Origin: Euglena gracilis
Taxonomy: Eukaryota
Assembly (NCBI GenBank): GCA_039621445.1
Contig: CP154954.1
Span: 26,734,954-26,798,953, forward strand
Direction of reading: 5' to 3'
Length of the DNA: 64,000 bases
In this document: positions 36,148 through 49,300 of the stretch, one piece after another
Position numbering within the stretch: position 1 is the stretch's first letter
Layout: each line of letters opens with the position of its first letter
The notes under the pieces: model-generated
What the model was told of the DNA's origin: nothing
The model's input: the letters and a program-made list of their open reading frames with translations, nothing else
Database searches by the model: none
Position numbers and translations under genes: made by a program

Positions 36148-39100
36148 GTGTGAGCCCTGGTCGATCAAGTACGGGCAGAGGGCATACCGCGGGGATCGAC
36201 CGGCACGCGTAACTGCGCCCAAGGACGAGACACTGGTTGGCCGGACCTTGGGTGTAGTTCCCTGCCTAAGGGCGTGCCACGGCAAGCAGTATGAGCTGCC
36301 CCGTGGCCGTCCAACGGCGTGTGGTGACAACCAACGTAAACACTGGGTTTACCATTAATCTCTGAACACACTGAGGAATGATGCTCCAGGGGGGGGTTTG
36401 CATAAACTGGGGGGAGGTCCCTCAAGTCTGCCCTTAAGGCATCCACCAGCAAAGCCTCTTGGTCGGGGTATCAACAAACAAACTTGGGGATTTTTTTGTT
36501 TCTGGGTGTGCAAAACATGTCCACCTCTGGGGTAATGTCCTGCCTGAAAAAGTTCAGAATCAGGTGAAAGATGTTTAGTTTTAGGGTATAATCCCCTGGG
36601 TCCTTTTGCTCCCTGGTCAGGGAGTCTGCCAATTGCTCCTTTGTGGGAACCCAAACCACTTGCAAATTGATTTGCTTTTCTTGGCAATGATATAGCAGGG
36701 GTTTAAATATAGAATTGATGTAGGGCTTTTTGCCTCCCCACTTTGTTAAATAGCTCACAGCCAACTGGCTGTCGACATGAAGCATAATTGTTTGCTTTGG
36801 CTTGGCTAGTGCTTTTGTAGTTTCCACTGCAGCCTGCAACTCTTTTTGGTTGATATGAAGGACATGCAGGTCCCTCCAAAAATCCTGCACCTTTTGGCCT
36901 GAATCTTTGTCCAGCCCCCCCCCCCATTGCCAGGTGCTGCTGTCTGAGAAGAGTTCCTGAGAGGCCTGTGATTGAAATGCCCTGCCAACCCCTGGCTGTA
37001 AAAATGTTTTTTAACTCCACAATCTGATCTTTGAACCCCTGGGGAATGGTAAGGGCGTGGTCCCAACCCCACCTGGTGTGCGAATCCACCATTTTGCAAA
37101 GTTGATCTGTCAGAATTCTGAGAAATGGCATGGAGACTAAATAGCTTCTGACCTGCCCCACAATAGATCTGAGTTTTCTGCAGCTCATTTTTTGTGCAGT
37201 GAGCACCTTGCCTAGCTCCTTTCTTAAAAATTTTTAATTTTTCCTGTGAAATTTCCAGTTGGCCTTTTTTCAAATTGATCCACTGGCCCAAATGCTTTAT
37301 TCCCTGTGTGGGTTCCAAACAGGACTTGGGAAGGTTTAATCTGAAACCTGCCAGTAAAAGATCCTGTTTTATTTCTGCCAAATGCTGGGCTGCTGTCTTT
37401 TTGCTGGGTGCTAACAGCAAAATGTCGTCGAGGTAGATGAAAACTACCTTTCCGTCCTTTCTCCATTTCCTTTCCCAGACTCTCATGAGAGCCATAAATT
37501 TTTGTGGCAGGCTGCTTATACCAAAGCATGCAGCTTGAAACTGCCAAGTTTCCCCCCCCCCCACCAGCATGCAAACATGTTTTTCCAGGCTGCTGTGCAG
37601 TTTTAAGTGGAAATAAGCATCTTTCAGATCTATTTTTCCACAGAACCAACCTTTCTTTAAGGATGGGAAGCTTCCCATGTGTTCCAGCCTGAACTTCTGG
37701 GGGGTGAAATGTAGATTTAACTGTCGACAATCTGAAATTAGTCTTTCCTTGGTTTGTTCCCCTTCTTTTTTGGAAATGATGAAATAAGGGACAAAATGTT
37801 TTGCCTCCTCTGGGGGAATCTGCCTGGTTGCCCCTGCACATTCGTCCTTGGGGGGGAGGCCCAAGATTGGCTGCAACAGGGTCCCCCCAGAAGATAATCA
37901 GCCCAGACACCCCAGCTGTGTATGTACCCCCCCACTGCAGACACGGACCTTCCCCCATCATTGAAAATCAGGGGGAAAGCCTGTCCTTGAAAGGCCCTAT
38001 GGCAGGGCCAGCTGCAGCCCCAGTGATGGGGCAACCAAGGGGAAGGACCCCTGTGATGGGGCCTGTGGGATCCCCAGACACATTACACCCAGGGGTGCCC
38101 CCTTACAAGGCCCTGCAGGCCAGCCTGCCCCATTGGGTCAAGGCAGGTGCCTGAAGAGAGGTGTGCTTATGTTCCCCCTGGGTGGGTGGTGGCGATGTGA
38201 AAACAGGGGGTAGTCTTCCAGACCTGTCTGCCCATTTCTGTCCCTCTGGGCTGTGGGCTGCTGGTGTCTTTGTCTCCTCGACTTCATGGCCACCAATGTC
38301 CAGGGTCCATGGCCGTCGTCGAAATGATGGAATTGAAATTTTTCCGGGAAATTGGAGGGTGGGGGGGTTGCGACGGCCACGGACTGGTGCTCCGCTCCGC
38401 TCCTGCTCCATCATCGTCCAGCGCCTGCTGCGCCTGCCCTTTTCTCCACTTCAGGTTTCTTCCTTGAAACTCCTTGCAAAGCTACTTGAAAGCTTGGTGC
38501 CATGTTGGTTGCTCCGGCTCCTGCTGGAACTCCATCTTCTCCAGCTTCTGCTGCCTTCGCCGGCGTTCTTTGTTGCTTTGCTGGGCCGCTGGACACCAGG
38601 TATGTGGCATCTTTCATCGAAGTCAAAATTTCCTTCCTCCGCTGATCGTTGAATTGCTCTTCCCCCTCTGTGTTGATTGGTCGCTGTGGTGAACGTTTTT
38701 GACCTCGTTGAGTTGAAATTCTGCCTTCTTGCGGTCGAAGGGCAGAATTAGGAGTCAGCCAACTCCGGCAACAAAAGCAGTAGGAAGCACCCCCCGCGCA
38801 CACACAAACACACCGAACAGAACAGCCGGAAAGGAAAGCAGGACCTCACCATCCCGAAGTGCGGAGCCCGAATGGTCCACAAGGGAAAAGTGCGGAGTCC
38901 GCGGTGTCGGCAAGGGCTCGCCCCTGGACGCTGGTTGGCTTCCACACGTGCGTGGGTCCTCGGTGCATGTTAAAAAAAAAGGTTCCATAATAAACGGATG
39001 TAAGAAGGTGGAACCTTGGGGGTGAAGAGAACCTGCGCTTCCTCGGACCAGGCTGAATAAAATGACAATTCCCCAACAATTTCTACCTGGTTTGAACGCA

Positions 39101-40138
39101 AAGACAGAGACTCCCCGACTGCACCAAAGAGCACTGCATCACATCGACGAGGCTCAAATCCAGTCTGGCAAGCTTATGCAATGGGCCACAAGGCAGGTGC
39201 GTGCTGAAGCTTAGGTGGCGGATCTCGCAATATGCGGCTTTTGCTTTGTGTGCACATTTGCGCAAATCAACGCTTTTTTCCCTTCAAAATGACTACACCT
39301 GGATCCTGAAGTCAAATATGTGGAGGCGGAGATGGAAGCATGGGCTTTGCAGTTAGGGTGCCCAAGAGCAGGTGCCACCACAGAAGGTGCATAATACCCA
39401 GCATGTGTGTTTGGGAACCTTGAAATGGCTGCCGCATGGGATGTTGCCAGAAAAATTTGGGGGCAGGTGAGAATTAGCCAGAAACGATGTCCCCAAAATT
39501 TTGACCGTGTGAGAATTCAATGGTTGGTGTGCACTTTTGTGCAAGCGAATGATGCGCGCAAATATGCAAATCAATCATTTTTGCAAATGCGTAAACGGGC
39601 CACAGTACAAGCTGAAAATGGTGTGCTTGTGAGTTGTACAAGTGGTTGGTTTGCACAAATGCGCAAACAGTCTGTCTGAAGTTCAGCATTGCTGCGATTT
39701 GAAAATCCTTAAATGCCAGATATTTCACAAAAGTCAAATACCACAAAAAGACCAGCTTCTGGGTCCGAATGTGGGCATCGGTGATTGAACATGTGCAAAA
39801 GAATTTTCAAAGAAACAAAATATATAAAAAACAAAAAATCATCAAAACGGCATGTCCAGTGCCATCCTTGAAAATTTAGTTTAAAGCTGCCCCTCAGCCC
39901 CAGTATTTTGGTCCGAAAACGAGGCAAAATGCATTTGGCTGTAACTGGATGTGTCTACTCACTTGAAAATCCCTGGGTTCAGGGGGGGCATAAAATGTAA
40001 TACCCCGACACTTTATTTCACCTGTCAGACATACTGCACAACACATCCACTTTGTGGACGCTGCTCTCCTCCTGTTTTCTCGTCTCAGAAATCCCTGTTG
40101 TTAAAGTCCCAAAGCTAAAACAACATTTAGGTCAGTGT

Positions 40139-40429
40139 CAGGGGTTTTTTTAAGACCAGGGGGGGAGGGGGGAGGGGGTCGGCACCCACCCCCCCCCCCC
40201 CCGGGGTGGGCCCCCCGGGGGAGGGGGGGGGGCTCCCGGGGGGGCCCACTTTTGCCCGAAAATGCTAAAAAAAGCACCTTTTCAAAATTTTCGGTTCCAA
40301 AGGCGCCTAAAAAGATATACCCACCAGCCCCTACCCCCACCCCCCCGGGGGGGAGGGGGGTCCAAGGGACCCACCCACCCGACCCCCCCTCCCCCCGGGG
40401 GAGGGGGTCCAAGACTAAAAAAACCCCTG
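40139..40429. mobile_element. hAT-like MITE, CAGGGGTTTTTTTA family
   Basis: TIRs CAGGGGTTTTTTTA...TAAAAAAACCCCTG; perfect TSD GTCAGTGT. Confidence 0.9.
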
Positions 40430-40491
40430 GTCAGTGTGTGCAATTAGAAATGTGCCATAAATTTCTTCCAGATCAGTTTTTCTGAATAATG

Positions 40492-43330
40492 TAGATAGAC
40501 AGATGGATAGATCGATAGATAGATTGAAAGAAAATAGATAGATAGATGGATAGATAGATGCCAAGTTTGCATTTAAGGAGAAGGGCTTAGGCGGCCTAAC
40601 TCGCACTTAGCTTTGAAAGTGACTGTAAATTTGCGCCGACGCGCAAATCCCCAAAAAAGTTTGGTTTTCGACCACCGTGGCCTGAGACTCAGGACAGTCT
40701 GAAAATAGTGTCTCCCTGCACCCCAGGGCCTGGGGACGAAAGCAACGACTGGGAACTCCACGGTCCACGGGCACAGCGCTCCCGGGTCCCAGTGTGCATG
40801 AACACAAAGCGGCGGGTGATGAAACGAGGGGACTCCACTTACTCATTTGCGCTTTGGCGCAAATTTTTAAATTACAAAAAATAAAACCATTTGCGCTTTG
40901 GCGCAAATTTTTGACTTTTTTGTGATTCAACACGTGGGTGACCATTGCCGCATTTGAACAATGATAACAACTTTTGAGTCAACATGTGTTTCCATTTGTG
41001 CCAAAGCGCAAGGGGTAGGCCTATGAAGGATGGAAATTTACGAGTTACCTTGCGCCAAAGCGCAAATAGAAATACAATTTTTAAAATTGCAAAAGCAACA
41101 TGGCTTGCGCCGAAGCGCAAATATAACTGTTTAAAACTTATCTCACAACGCAGGGAGAGAACGGCCCTGGTGGAGTAAAACCACCAGAGGAGATAGAGCA
41201 CAAAAATGTAGAACAGGGGGACGGAAGCCTACTCTCAGTCACGTTGAGTTAAAACTGGTCAACATTGCGCGTCGGCACAAGAGCCACGTTGCTTTGACAA
41301 TTTTAAAAGTGTTTTTCTACTTGCGCTTTGGCGCAGTATAACTCTTAAATTTCCATTCTTCATGAGCCTACCCATTGCGCTTTGGCGCAACAGCCATCAA
41401 GTTGTATTTTCCATTTTTATCACTGCGGGTGGAGAGAGCAGTCCTGGGAGCATCTCATCGCCAGAGCGGACAGAGCTCAGATGGAGGGAAGCCTTGCCTG
41501 GGACAGGAAGCCAACCCGTCTGTGAAAACAACCACCAACTTCTTGATAGCTAGACGTGTCTTGTCTTATGCGTTGTAAACCCAACTTCCAGTGCCGGAGG
41601 TTCCTCCCACTTGCCTCGCAGTTAAGCGTGCCTGAGGGGCCCTTCTCTTTGGCCGACTTTTAAAAGTCGGAAAAATTCTGTTTGGAAAAGAACAGGTACC
41701 AGATAAACCCTGGGAACCACAGCCGAGGAAACAGTTTTAGGCGTTGAAAGGGTGTTTTAATAAAGCTCGTCACCCCCCTTTCCTCGCCCAGGATTTGAAG
41801 CACAGAACTTTGGGGATGAGCGAATGGAATTGAGAAATTGAAAGGGCCCATCAACAACGGCGGAGAAGGGAAGACATGCTGACACACCTTTTTTCGGTAT
41901 TTTGCAACCCACCAGACAGCCACATGCCACCAGGCAGATGGAGGCATTGTTCAGCAGAAAAAGCCTTTCTGTCAACATCCCCAAAAACCCCACTTTGTGC
42001 ACCGAGTGCAAGGTCACTGAGGCACCACAGCCTACCGCCCACCATTCGTCTTATTGTAACAACCACTTCCTCCCCAGCACCTGAATAGTTCAAAAGCACC
42101 AACCCAGCTTCTGGCACAGCAGCGCACAAACCCTCCTCACCATTCTCCCCTATCCTCCACCTTCTCACACAGCACGAATGCATTCAAATACATCTGCCAT
42201 TTAAAAGGACATTTGCGCTTAAGCGCAAATTTTTAGCTTGCGCTTAAGCGCAAATTAAAATTTTGCGCTTAAGCGCAAGCTAAAACTAAAACAGAAGCCG
42301 CTGAGCTTGTGGGAGTCCCTCTGATGTGTTACGGTGTGTCGGGGGCCCCTCTCTGCATGGCCAGAGCGCGGGCTTGGTGAGAAAATACATTTGCGCCGAA
42401 GCGCAAGGGACATGCCTACATAATGCACTGCTTGTTCATCCACATTACACTTCGGCGCAAGGTATTTCCTCACCAAGCCCGCACTCTGGCCGTTCAGAGA
42501 GGGGCCCCCGACACACCGTAACACATCAGAGGGACTCCCATAAGCCAGGGGCTTCTGTTTTAGCTTGCGCTTAAGCGCAAATTTTTAATTTGCGCTTAAG
42601 CGCAAGCTAAAAATTTGCGCTTAAGCGCAAATGTCCATAACCATTGCCTTCTGTGCCTGGCAGTGTGGGGCCTGGCGTTGCTCACCAGACGTTGGGAGAG
42701 GTCCCTAGGCTTGCCCTCAGTCCCCCCAACCCCCCCCACCTGGGTGGTTCCCGCTGTACCGCTCCTCACGCTTCAAGCACCCAGGGATCACAACTCTGTG
42801 GCATGCCGTTTTTTCCAACTTTTCACAACGTGCATGTAGAGTCCACCCTCTGGATGCCTCAGCAGCCAAACTCTTCACGGACATATCACAGAGCCAAAAA
42901 AACAACAAAAAGGGCCAATTGTCACCTGGACTGTGTGACACCATCCGGGGAACACAGCCAAGGCTTCAAAAACGAGGGACTCACAACGGGGGTTTCGGCC
43001 CATTTTTGGGAAAATTCACGTGTCCCGGCGGTCAAACCCAGGGTTTTGGGCCTTTTTCAAAATGGTGCACAGGCTGAAAAACACCAAAAATGGGCCTGTT
43101 CCCCGGGTTCCAACATCGGAAAATGATGCACACGCCACCGTGGAGGGTCTCCGCGGAACCAGAGGGTCAAAAGGGTGGGTTCTACCGCCGGGTCTCAAAG
43201 AAATCGAAAATTTGCGCCAAAGCGCAAGCTAAAAATGAAAACCTTAAGTGCGAGTTAGGCCGCCTAAGAAGGGGGACCAAGCCCGAGGGCCTATCTGCCC
43301 ATCCATCCATCCATCCATCCATCCATCTAT
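40492..43330. mobile_element. Unclassified ~2.8-kb inverted-repeat element with microsatellite-capped ends
   Basis: Perfect 24-bp inverted repeat CTTAGGCGGCCTAACTCGCACTTA (40586-40609 / 43245-43268). Outer (GATA/GGAT)n on the left and (ATCC)n on the right. Internal TTGCGC-N4-GCGCAA palindromes. The right end is also present at about 1295-1414. Confidence 0.55.
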
Positions 43331-46300
43331 AGGCCTTTTGCACATGGACGACAAAATTCTTACCTTGGCCCAAACTTGGCCTCGTTGTCCCCCTGGCCTT
43401 ACCTTCAATCATGGCCCAGGCTACAGGGGGGGGGGGGATCTGGAGGTGGGGTTTTCCTTTATTTTCAGCGCAAAGCACGGAACTTTTTTTTTTTGACCAC
43501 AAAATTACTCTCCAAAAGCGGTTCCCCTTGAGGCCCCCCCCTGGGGGGCCACAAGTGGCCACAAAGTGGCAACAAGTGTGTTGTCCCCTGGGGGACAACA
43601 CACAAATTCTGAAGCAGATACGCCCCCGGACATACGGGGAAAGTGAAAGGGAGGGAAACATTACCATTAGGCTCTTGGAATTTTTGGATTGAAGCACTGA
43701 CCCAGAAAAAAAAATGCATCCAGGTCGGCCGGTACAATCCAATTAATGTACCGCACAAAAAAACTCATGCTGAAATAAAAAAAGAACCAGACAGCCCAGC
43801 CCCTCCTGAAAGAGAATGCAAAAAAAATGACGCAAAAAAAGTGGAACTGCTTAGAAAGAGCTTTGGATTGCAGGTTTTTGGTTTTTCAGCGAACTAAATT
43901 CACTGATTCATCCGAAATTTGCTGTGGAGAGGACCCGTTTGGCAATCCTGGTGCTGTCATTTTCTCCACCAAGCGAGAGACCATGAAAAAATGAAAAGAG
44001 ACCTGGCCAGGCAGTGAGAGTCCTTTGATGAAAAAAATGGGGGGGGGCAGCCCAGACCCATTTCCCCCCTCCGCCCCCGGGTCACCAAAGCTTAAAAAAA
44101 AATGAACTCTTTGGAGGGAATACCACAGTTTCATCACATTCAGCTTCCAGCTCCAAATGCACTGACATAGGAGGCTTGAAAAAATTTCGACGTGCGCAAA
44201 TACGTTGGTTGTTTTTTTGCTGTTGAGCGGGTGTCACAGAGGCTGAAACATCAGTGTGGTGATGGAAAACCTACCACTGAACTCAACAAGGTAACCACCT
44301 GATAAAAGCACGGGCTCATGGTGGACCGCCGACTCCAGCGGTGGGGGGTGCGCTTCTAACCGGACCCCACCTGGTGATTTTTGTTGATTTCCTTTTGAGA
44401 TACCACCAAAATGGGGGGAGGGGGGGGCGCTTGTAACGGACCCCGCCTTCGGCAGCAGGGAGGTGCGCTTTTATTTGGACCCTGCGCTTGCAGCGGCCCC
44501 GCACTTCTATTGGGGGGGGGGGGGGTTAACTGGTGGCAGTCCTCCTTCTTCATCCCCCTCATCAACCACCACTGGCAGAGTTCCCTGACAACCCATTTCT
44601 TCCTGTTTTATTTGTTACATACAAAACTCCACCCCTTTTCATAACCAACTTCAAAAGCCTCTACAACGTGCCGTTGTGCTTCAGAAATCAAGGGAAGGGG
44701 TGGGCCTGTCACCCCACGGGCGCTGGCAGTTGCGCATCCCCTTGTCTGCAACCCCCAACTGGGGGGTGGTCGGTACATAGGGGTGGTTGGTGGACAAGGG
44801 GGGGGTACCAACGATGCGGTGTGTCTTGGACAGGGAGGCACCGGGGTTTTCGTGTATTTTTGGTGAATTTCTCTCTTTGAGGAGGTCAGTCCTGGGGGTT
44901 TCACAACTCGGCGACGTTTCAGAGGGTCAATGTGCACCATTCCCCTGAGTGTCAGAAGCAGTTCAAAGACATGGATACCAATTCTCCAAAATTAAAAATT
45001 GTGTCGGTGTGTGGACACACCGACACAAAAACTCCTGAGTGCGAGACGCCATCTAAGTGGAGGGTCGAGGCAGACACATCACACTGTGAGGGGTGTCAAC
45101 CGCACGTTCCTGCCACAATCAGGGCGTCTTTTAACGACCCCTGGGGGGGGGGGCCCAACCCCGAGGCTAAAAAAAAAATGGGCTGGCTGGAAAAAGGATG
45201 CTGACCCATAGGGGTCACCCAGCCTGACCCAGGGTCAAACTGGGTGTTAGAAAAAAAGCGAAACTACATAAATACCCCCAAAAAACTGCCAATTATTCAA
45301 AAATCTTGTTACACTTACCTGGCCAGCCCATTTTCAACCCATTTTTGCACCTCCAAAAGCAAAACTCCATGACCGTTTGATGAATGCATTCAGCAAACAA
45401 AATTTGTTGATGGGGGGGCTGGAAAAACATTTCAGGCTGGAGAAAACAATGCTGGCAGGCTGGACCCCCAGTTTGGTTCCCCTTCCGCTCAAATCACGCC
45501 CTGGTCGCAATGGCTGCTCGTCTCGGCCTAGCCACCCGGGACAGAAAGACACCCCGAGGGTGGAGCAAATATATAACCATGATTCAGGGACGGAAATGGC
45601 GAGGGTGTACAAATGGACGGGGGCAATCCCGCATTCAGCAAAACAAACGGCATGCCAAGGCTGAATGCTGGACCTCTGTAAACTCGAGCCAACAGCCACA
45701 ATGGTGTCCATAAATATTCACACCCCACTGCCCAGAAGGCACCCTTTAACGTTTAAATCGTTGGACAACGTCTCTGTGTGCTTGTCAGCTCGTTCTTGGG
45801 CCTGAGGAGTGGTGAGAAAGGCCTGGACATGGGGGCCAGGGAATTAAATGAGTGGGGAGGGGGGGGGTCGCTGAGCTCTTATCCCTTTATGGGTAAGAGC
45901 GAAGCTTACCACTGGGGGAAAACCCCCCCCGAACCCCCCCTCCCCCCCCCCTCGGGGCCACCTCGGGAACCGGCGGATTATCACCATGATCCCGGCCCCG
46001 TTCCCGAAATTTTTTTTTTCAGTCACGAGCGACTGGATTCCTAGTTTCCGAATCACCTGGGTTTGACCCCCAACTCCCCGCCAGGCCCGAGTTATTCACG
46101 CGCGAAGGGGTCCAAACTGGGTAGGATTCGCCAACCCCCCCTGGATAAGCCCCCCCCCCCCCTTTGGACGGCCAAAAAATGTCAATTTTCAAAATATCTC
46201 CAAAATGAAGCAAAATCAAAGGAAATGTCCGGAGACCTAATTTGAAGCCCTTGGAACGCCCCATCTACTGGTATTTTGATTTCCCCGCAACGCCCCGTCT

Positions 46301-49300
46301 AGCCCGAGATACGGCCGTTTTCGGCGCAGCTGGCCGTTTTGTACACTTTTCCCTCTGTTCGACTTGGCCGTTTTCGGGGGGTGGGGGGTCAAAAAATCAA
46401 TGTTTTCAAAATTTCTCGAAAATGATGCAAAATCAAAGGAAATGTCCAGAGACCTAAATTGAAGCCCTTGGAACACTCTATCTACTGTGATTTTGGTTTC
46501 ATCGCAGCTCACCGCCTAGCCCGAGATACGGCCGTTTTTCGGCCAATTTTGGCCATTTTGTACACGTTTTCCACTGTTCGACTTGGCCATTTTCGGCCAA
46601 AAAAATCGAAAAAAATCGAAAAAAATTTTTTTGCCCAAAACGATGTTTTTTGGCCTCCCGGACCTGGAAAAACTGTTTTTGAGCCGAAAATGAGCGTTTT
46701 TCGACCCGCCAGCACCCCGTTCTGGGCCGCCAACCCATTGACTTTGGGTCAAAACCGGGTCAAAAAAGTCAAAAAAAATCGAAAAAAATTTTTTTGCCCA
46801 AAACGATGTTTTTTGGCCTCCCGGACCCGGAAAAACTGTTTTTGAGCCGAAAATGAGCGTTTTTCGACCCGCCAGCACCCCGTTCTTGGCCGCCAACCCA
46901 TTGACTTCGGGCCAAAACCGGGTCAAAAAAGTCAAAAAAAATCGAAAAAAATTTTTTGCCCAAAACGATGTTTTTTGGCCTCCCGGACCCGGAAAAACTG
47001 TTTTTGAGCCGAAAATGAGCGTTTTTCGACCCGCCAGCGCCCCGTTCTGGGCCGCCAACCCATTGACTTCGGGCCAAAACCGGGTCAAAAAAGTCGAAAA
47101 AAATCGAAAAAAAATTTTTTGCCCGAAACGATGTTTTTTGGCCTCCTGGACCCGGAAAAGGGGTTTTCGAGCCGAAAATGGGCGTTTTTCGACCATAATG
47201 GCCATCATGGCCTGTGATGGCCATGATGCGCATCATGACCGGTGATGCCAATCATGGGTCATAATGTGCATGATGACCCATGATGACCATCATGGGCAAT
47301 GATGGCCATCATGACCAATGATGGCCATCAGGACCAATGATGGCCATCACGACCAATGATGGCCATCACGACCAATGATGGCCATCATGACCAATGATGG
47401 CCATCATGACCAATGATGGCCATCATGACCAATGATGGCCATCATGACCAATGATGGCCATCATGACCAATGATGGCCATCATGACCAATGATGGCCATC
47501 ATGACCAATGATGGCCATCATGACCCCTGAGGCCCATCATGACCAATGATGGCCATCATGACCAATGATGGCCATCATGACCAATGATGGCCATCATGGC
47601 CAATGATGGCCATCATGACCCCTGAGGCCCATCATGACCAATGATGGCCATCAGGACCAATGATGGCCAGCAGGACCAATGATGGCCATCAGGACCAACG
47701 ATGGCCATCATGACCAATGATGGCCATCATGACCAATGATGGCCATCATGACCCCTGAGGCCCATCATGACCAATGATGGCCATCATGACCAATGATGGC
47801 CAGCATGACCAATGATGGCCATCATGGCCAATGATGGCCATCATGACCCCTGAGGCCCATCATGACCAATGATGGCCATCAGGACCAATGATGGCCAGCA
47901 GGACCAATGATGGCCATCAGGACCAATGATGGCCATCATGACCCATGATGCCCATCATGACCAATGATGGCCATCACGACCAATGATGGCCATCATGACC
48001 AATGACGGCCATCATGACCCATGATGGCCATCATGACCCATGATGCCCATCATGACCAATGATGGCCATCATGACCAATGATGGCCATCATGGCCCATGA
48101 TGGCCATCATGGGCCATGATGGCCATCATTGGTCATGATGGCCATCATGGCCAATGATGGCCATCATGACCCCTGAGGCCCATCATGACCAATGTCAACC
48201 GGGTCAAAAAAGTCGAAAAAAAAGGAAATTTTTTTTGCCCGAAACGATGTTTTTTGGCCTCCCGGACCCGGAAAAACTGTTTTTGAGCCGAAAATGAGCG
48301 TTTTTCGACCCGCCAGCGCCCCGTTTTGGGCCGCCGACCCATTGACTTTGGGTCAAACCCGGTCAAAAAAGTCGAAAAAAATCGAAAAAATTTTTTGGGC
48401 CCGAAACGATTCGCTGGGACGCCGGGCCGCCGGCCGGCCCGCCGGCCCGCCGGCCCGCCGCTGGCCGGGCCGGGCTGGGCCGCCGGGCCGCCGGCCGGTC
48501 CGGGCCGGGCCGCCGGGCCGCCGGCCGGTCCGGGCCAGGCCGCCGGGCCGGGCCGGGCCGGGCCGCCGGGCCGCCGGCCGCCGGCCGGGCCGGGCCTTGC
48601 CGCCGGCCGGGCCGGGCCGGGCCGGACCGTCGGTGGTGGGGGCGCGCTTATCAAGAGCTCAGCACTATTCAAAACCTGGTATGGACCCCCCTCGCCCCCC
48701 CCCACGGGGGGGGGTGGGTCGGACCCGCCCCTCTTGTGAAAAAAATGCATATCCCCAAAGCGCCAGAAAAAGCTTTTGGGCCTTGAAAAATGTCCAAAGA
48801 TCGTGGTTTCACAAACTTTCTTTTGAAAAGATTGGTCAAAATATGCACCAATTTTTCATCTTTTCCCGCGGGAAGCGCTGGAATTTCTTGGGGATGTTCC
48901 GGACCCACCTCCCCCCCTCACTCAGTCCGAAGGGTGGTGTGGGGGTTGTCTGGACCCCCCTCCCCACTTCACAAAACCACTGCTCACCTAATACCCTGTG
49001 GGGTGCAAAAAACGTGGGGTGGAGACCATTAATACGGATCTCAAAAACCTCAAATGAACAATGAATCACCAGGCAAAAAAAAAAATGCAACAAACAAACT
49101 TTTTTCTTGGAATTCTGCGCAAAGCTGATAGAAAAATGACCCCCATTTCAATTTTTCTTTGGCATTTTGCGCCGAAAATGCTGGTATCCAGCCCGGCCAC
49201 ACCAGGCTGGCCCCGGCATTTTCTTTCCGGTGGATCCCTTTGGTTGCCACCTGGCTGGGAGGTCCGCACCGGAAAAGGCATCGGCTGGACGGACCTCGTA

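Larger units (their letters stand above)
35321..36342 (+). mobile_element. Complete TRIM (non-autonomous mini LTR retrotransposon) with tRNA-derived LTRs
   Basis: LTRs 35321-35653 and 36010-36342 (333 bp each, TG...CA, about a dozen differences). PBS TGGTAGCAGAGGA at 35654, complementary to the initiator tRNA-Met 3' end. PPT GGGAGGGAG at 36001-36009. 5-bp TSD CTGGG at 35316-35320 and 36343-36347. Confidence 0.93.
34890..38990 (-). mobile_element. DIRS-type retrotransposon with frameshifted RT, RNase H and MT, truncated YR and inverted terminal repeats (ends approximate)
   Basis: RT: ERLISDCRQLN, KIDLKDAYFH, WQFQAACFG, FIYLDDILL. RNase H: HINQKELQA, LHVDSQ, WVPTKEQLADSLTR. MT: PEVDMFC, YANPP, LLIVPHWASTSWW. 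GGAAAGCAGGACCTCACCATC at about 38832 has its reverse complement at about 34957. Confidence 0.88.

Noticed and set aside
39390-39470. AP2-like motif (VFGNLEMAAAWDVARK) on the plus strand
   Set aside because: Short, weak resemblance with a stop just upstream and no other domain residues; cannot be supported without an HMM search.
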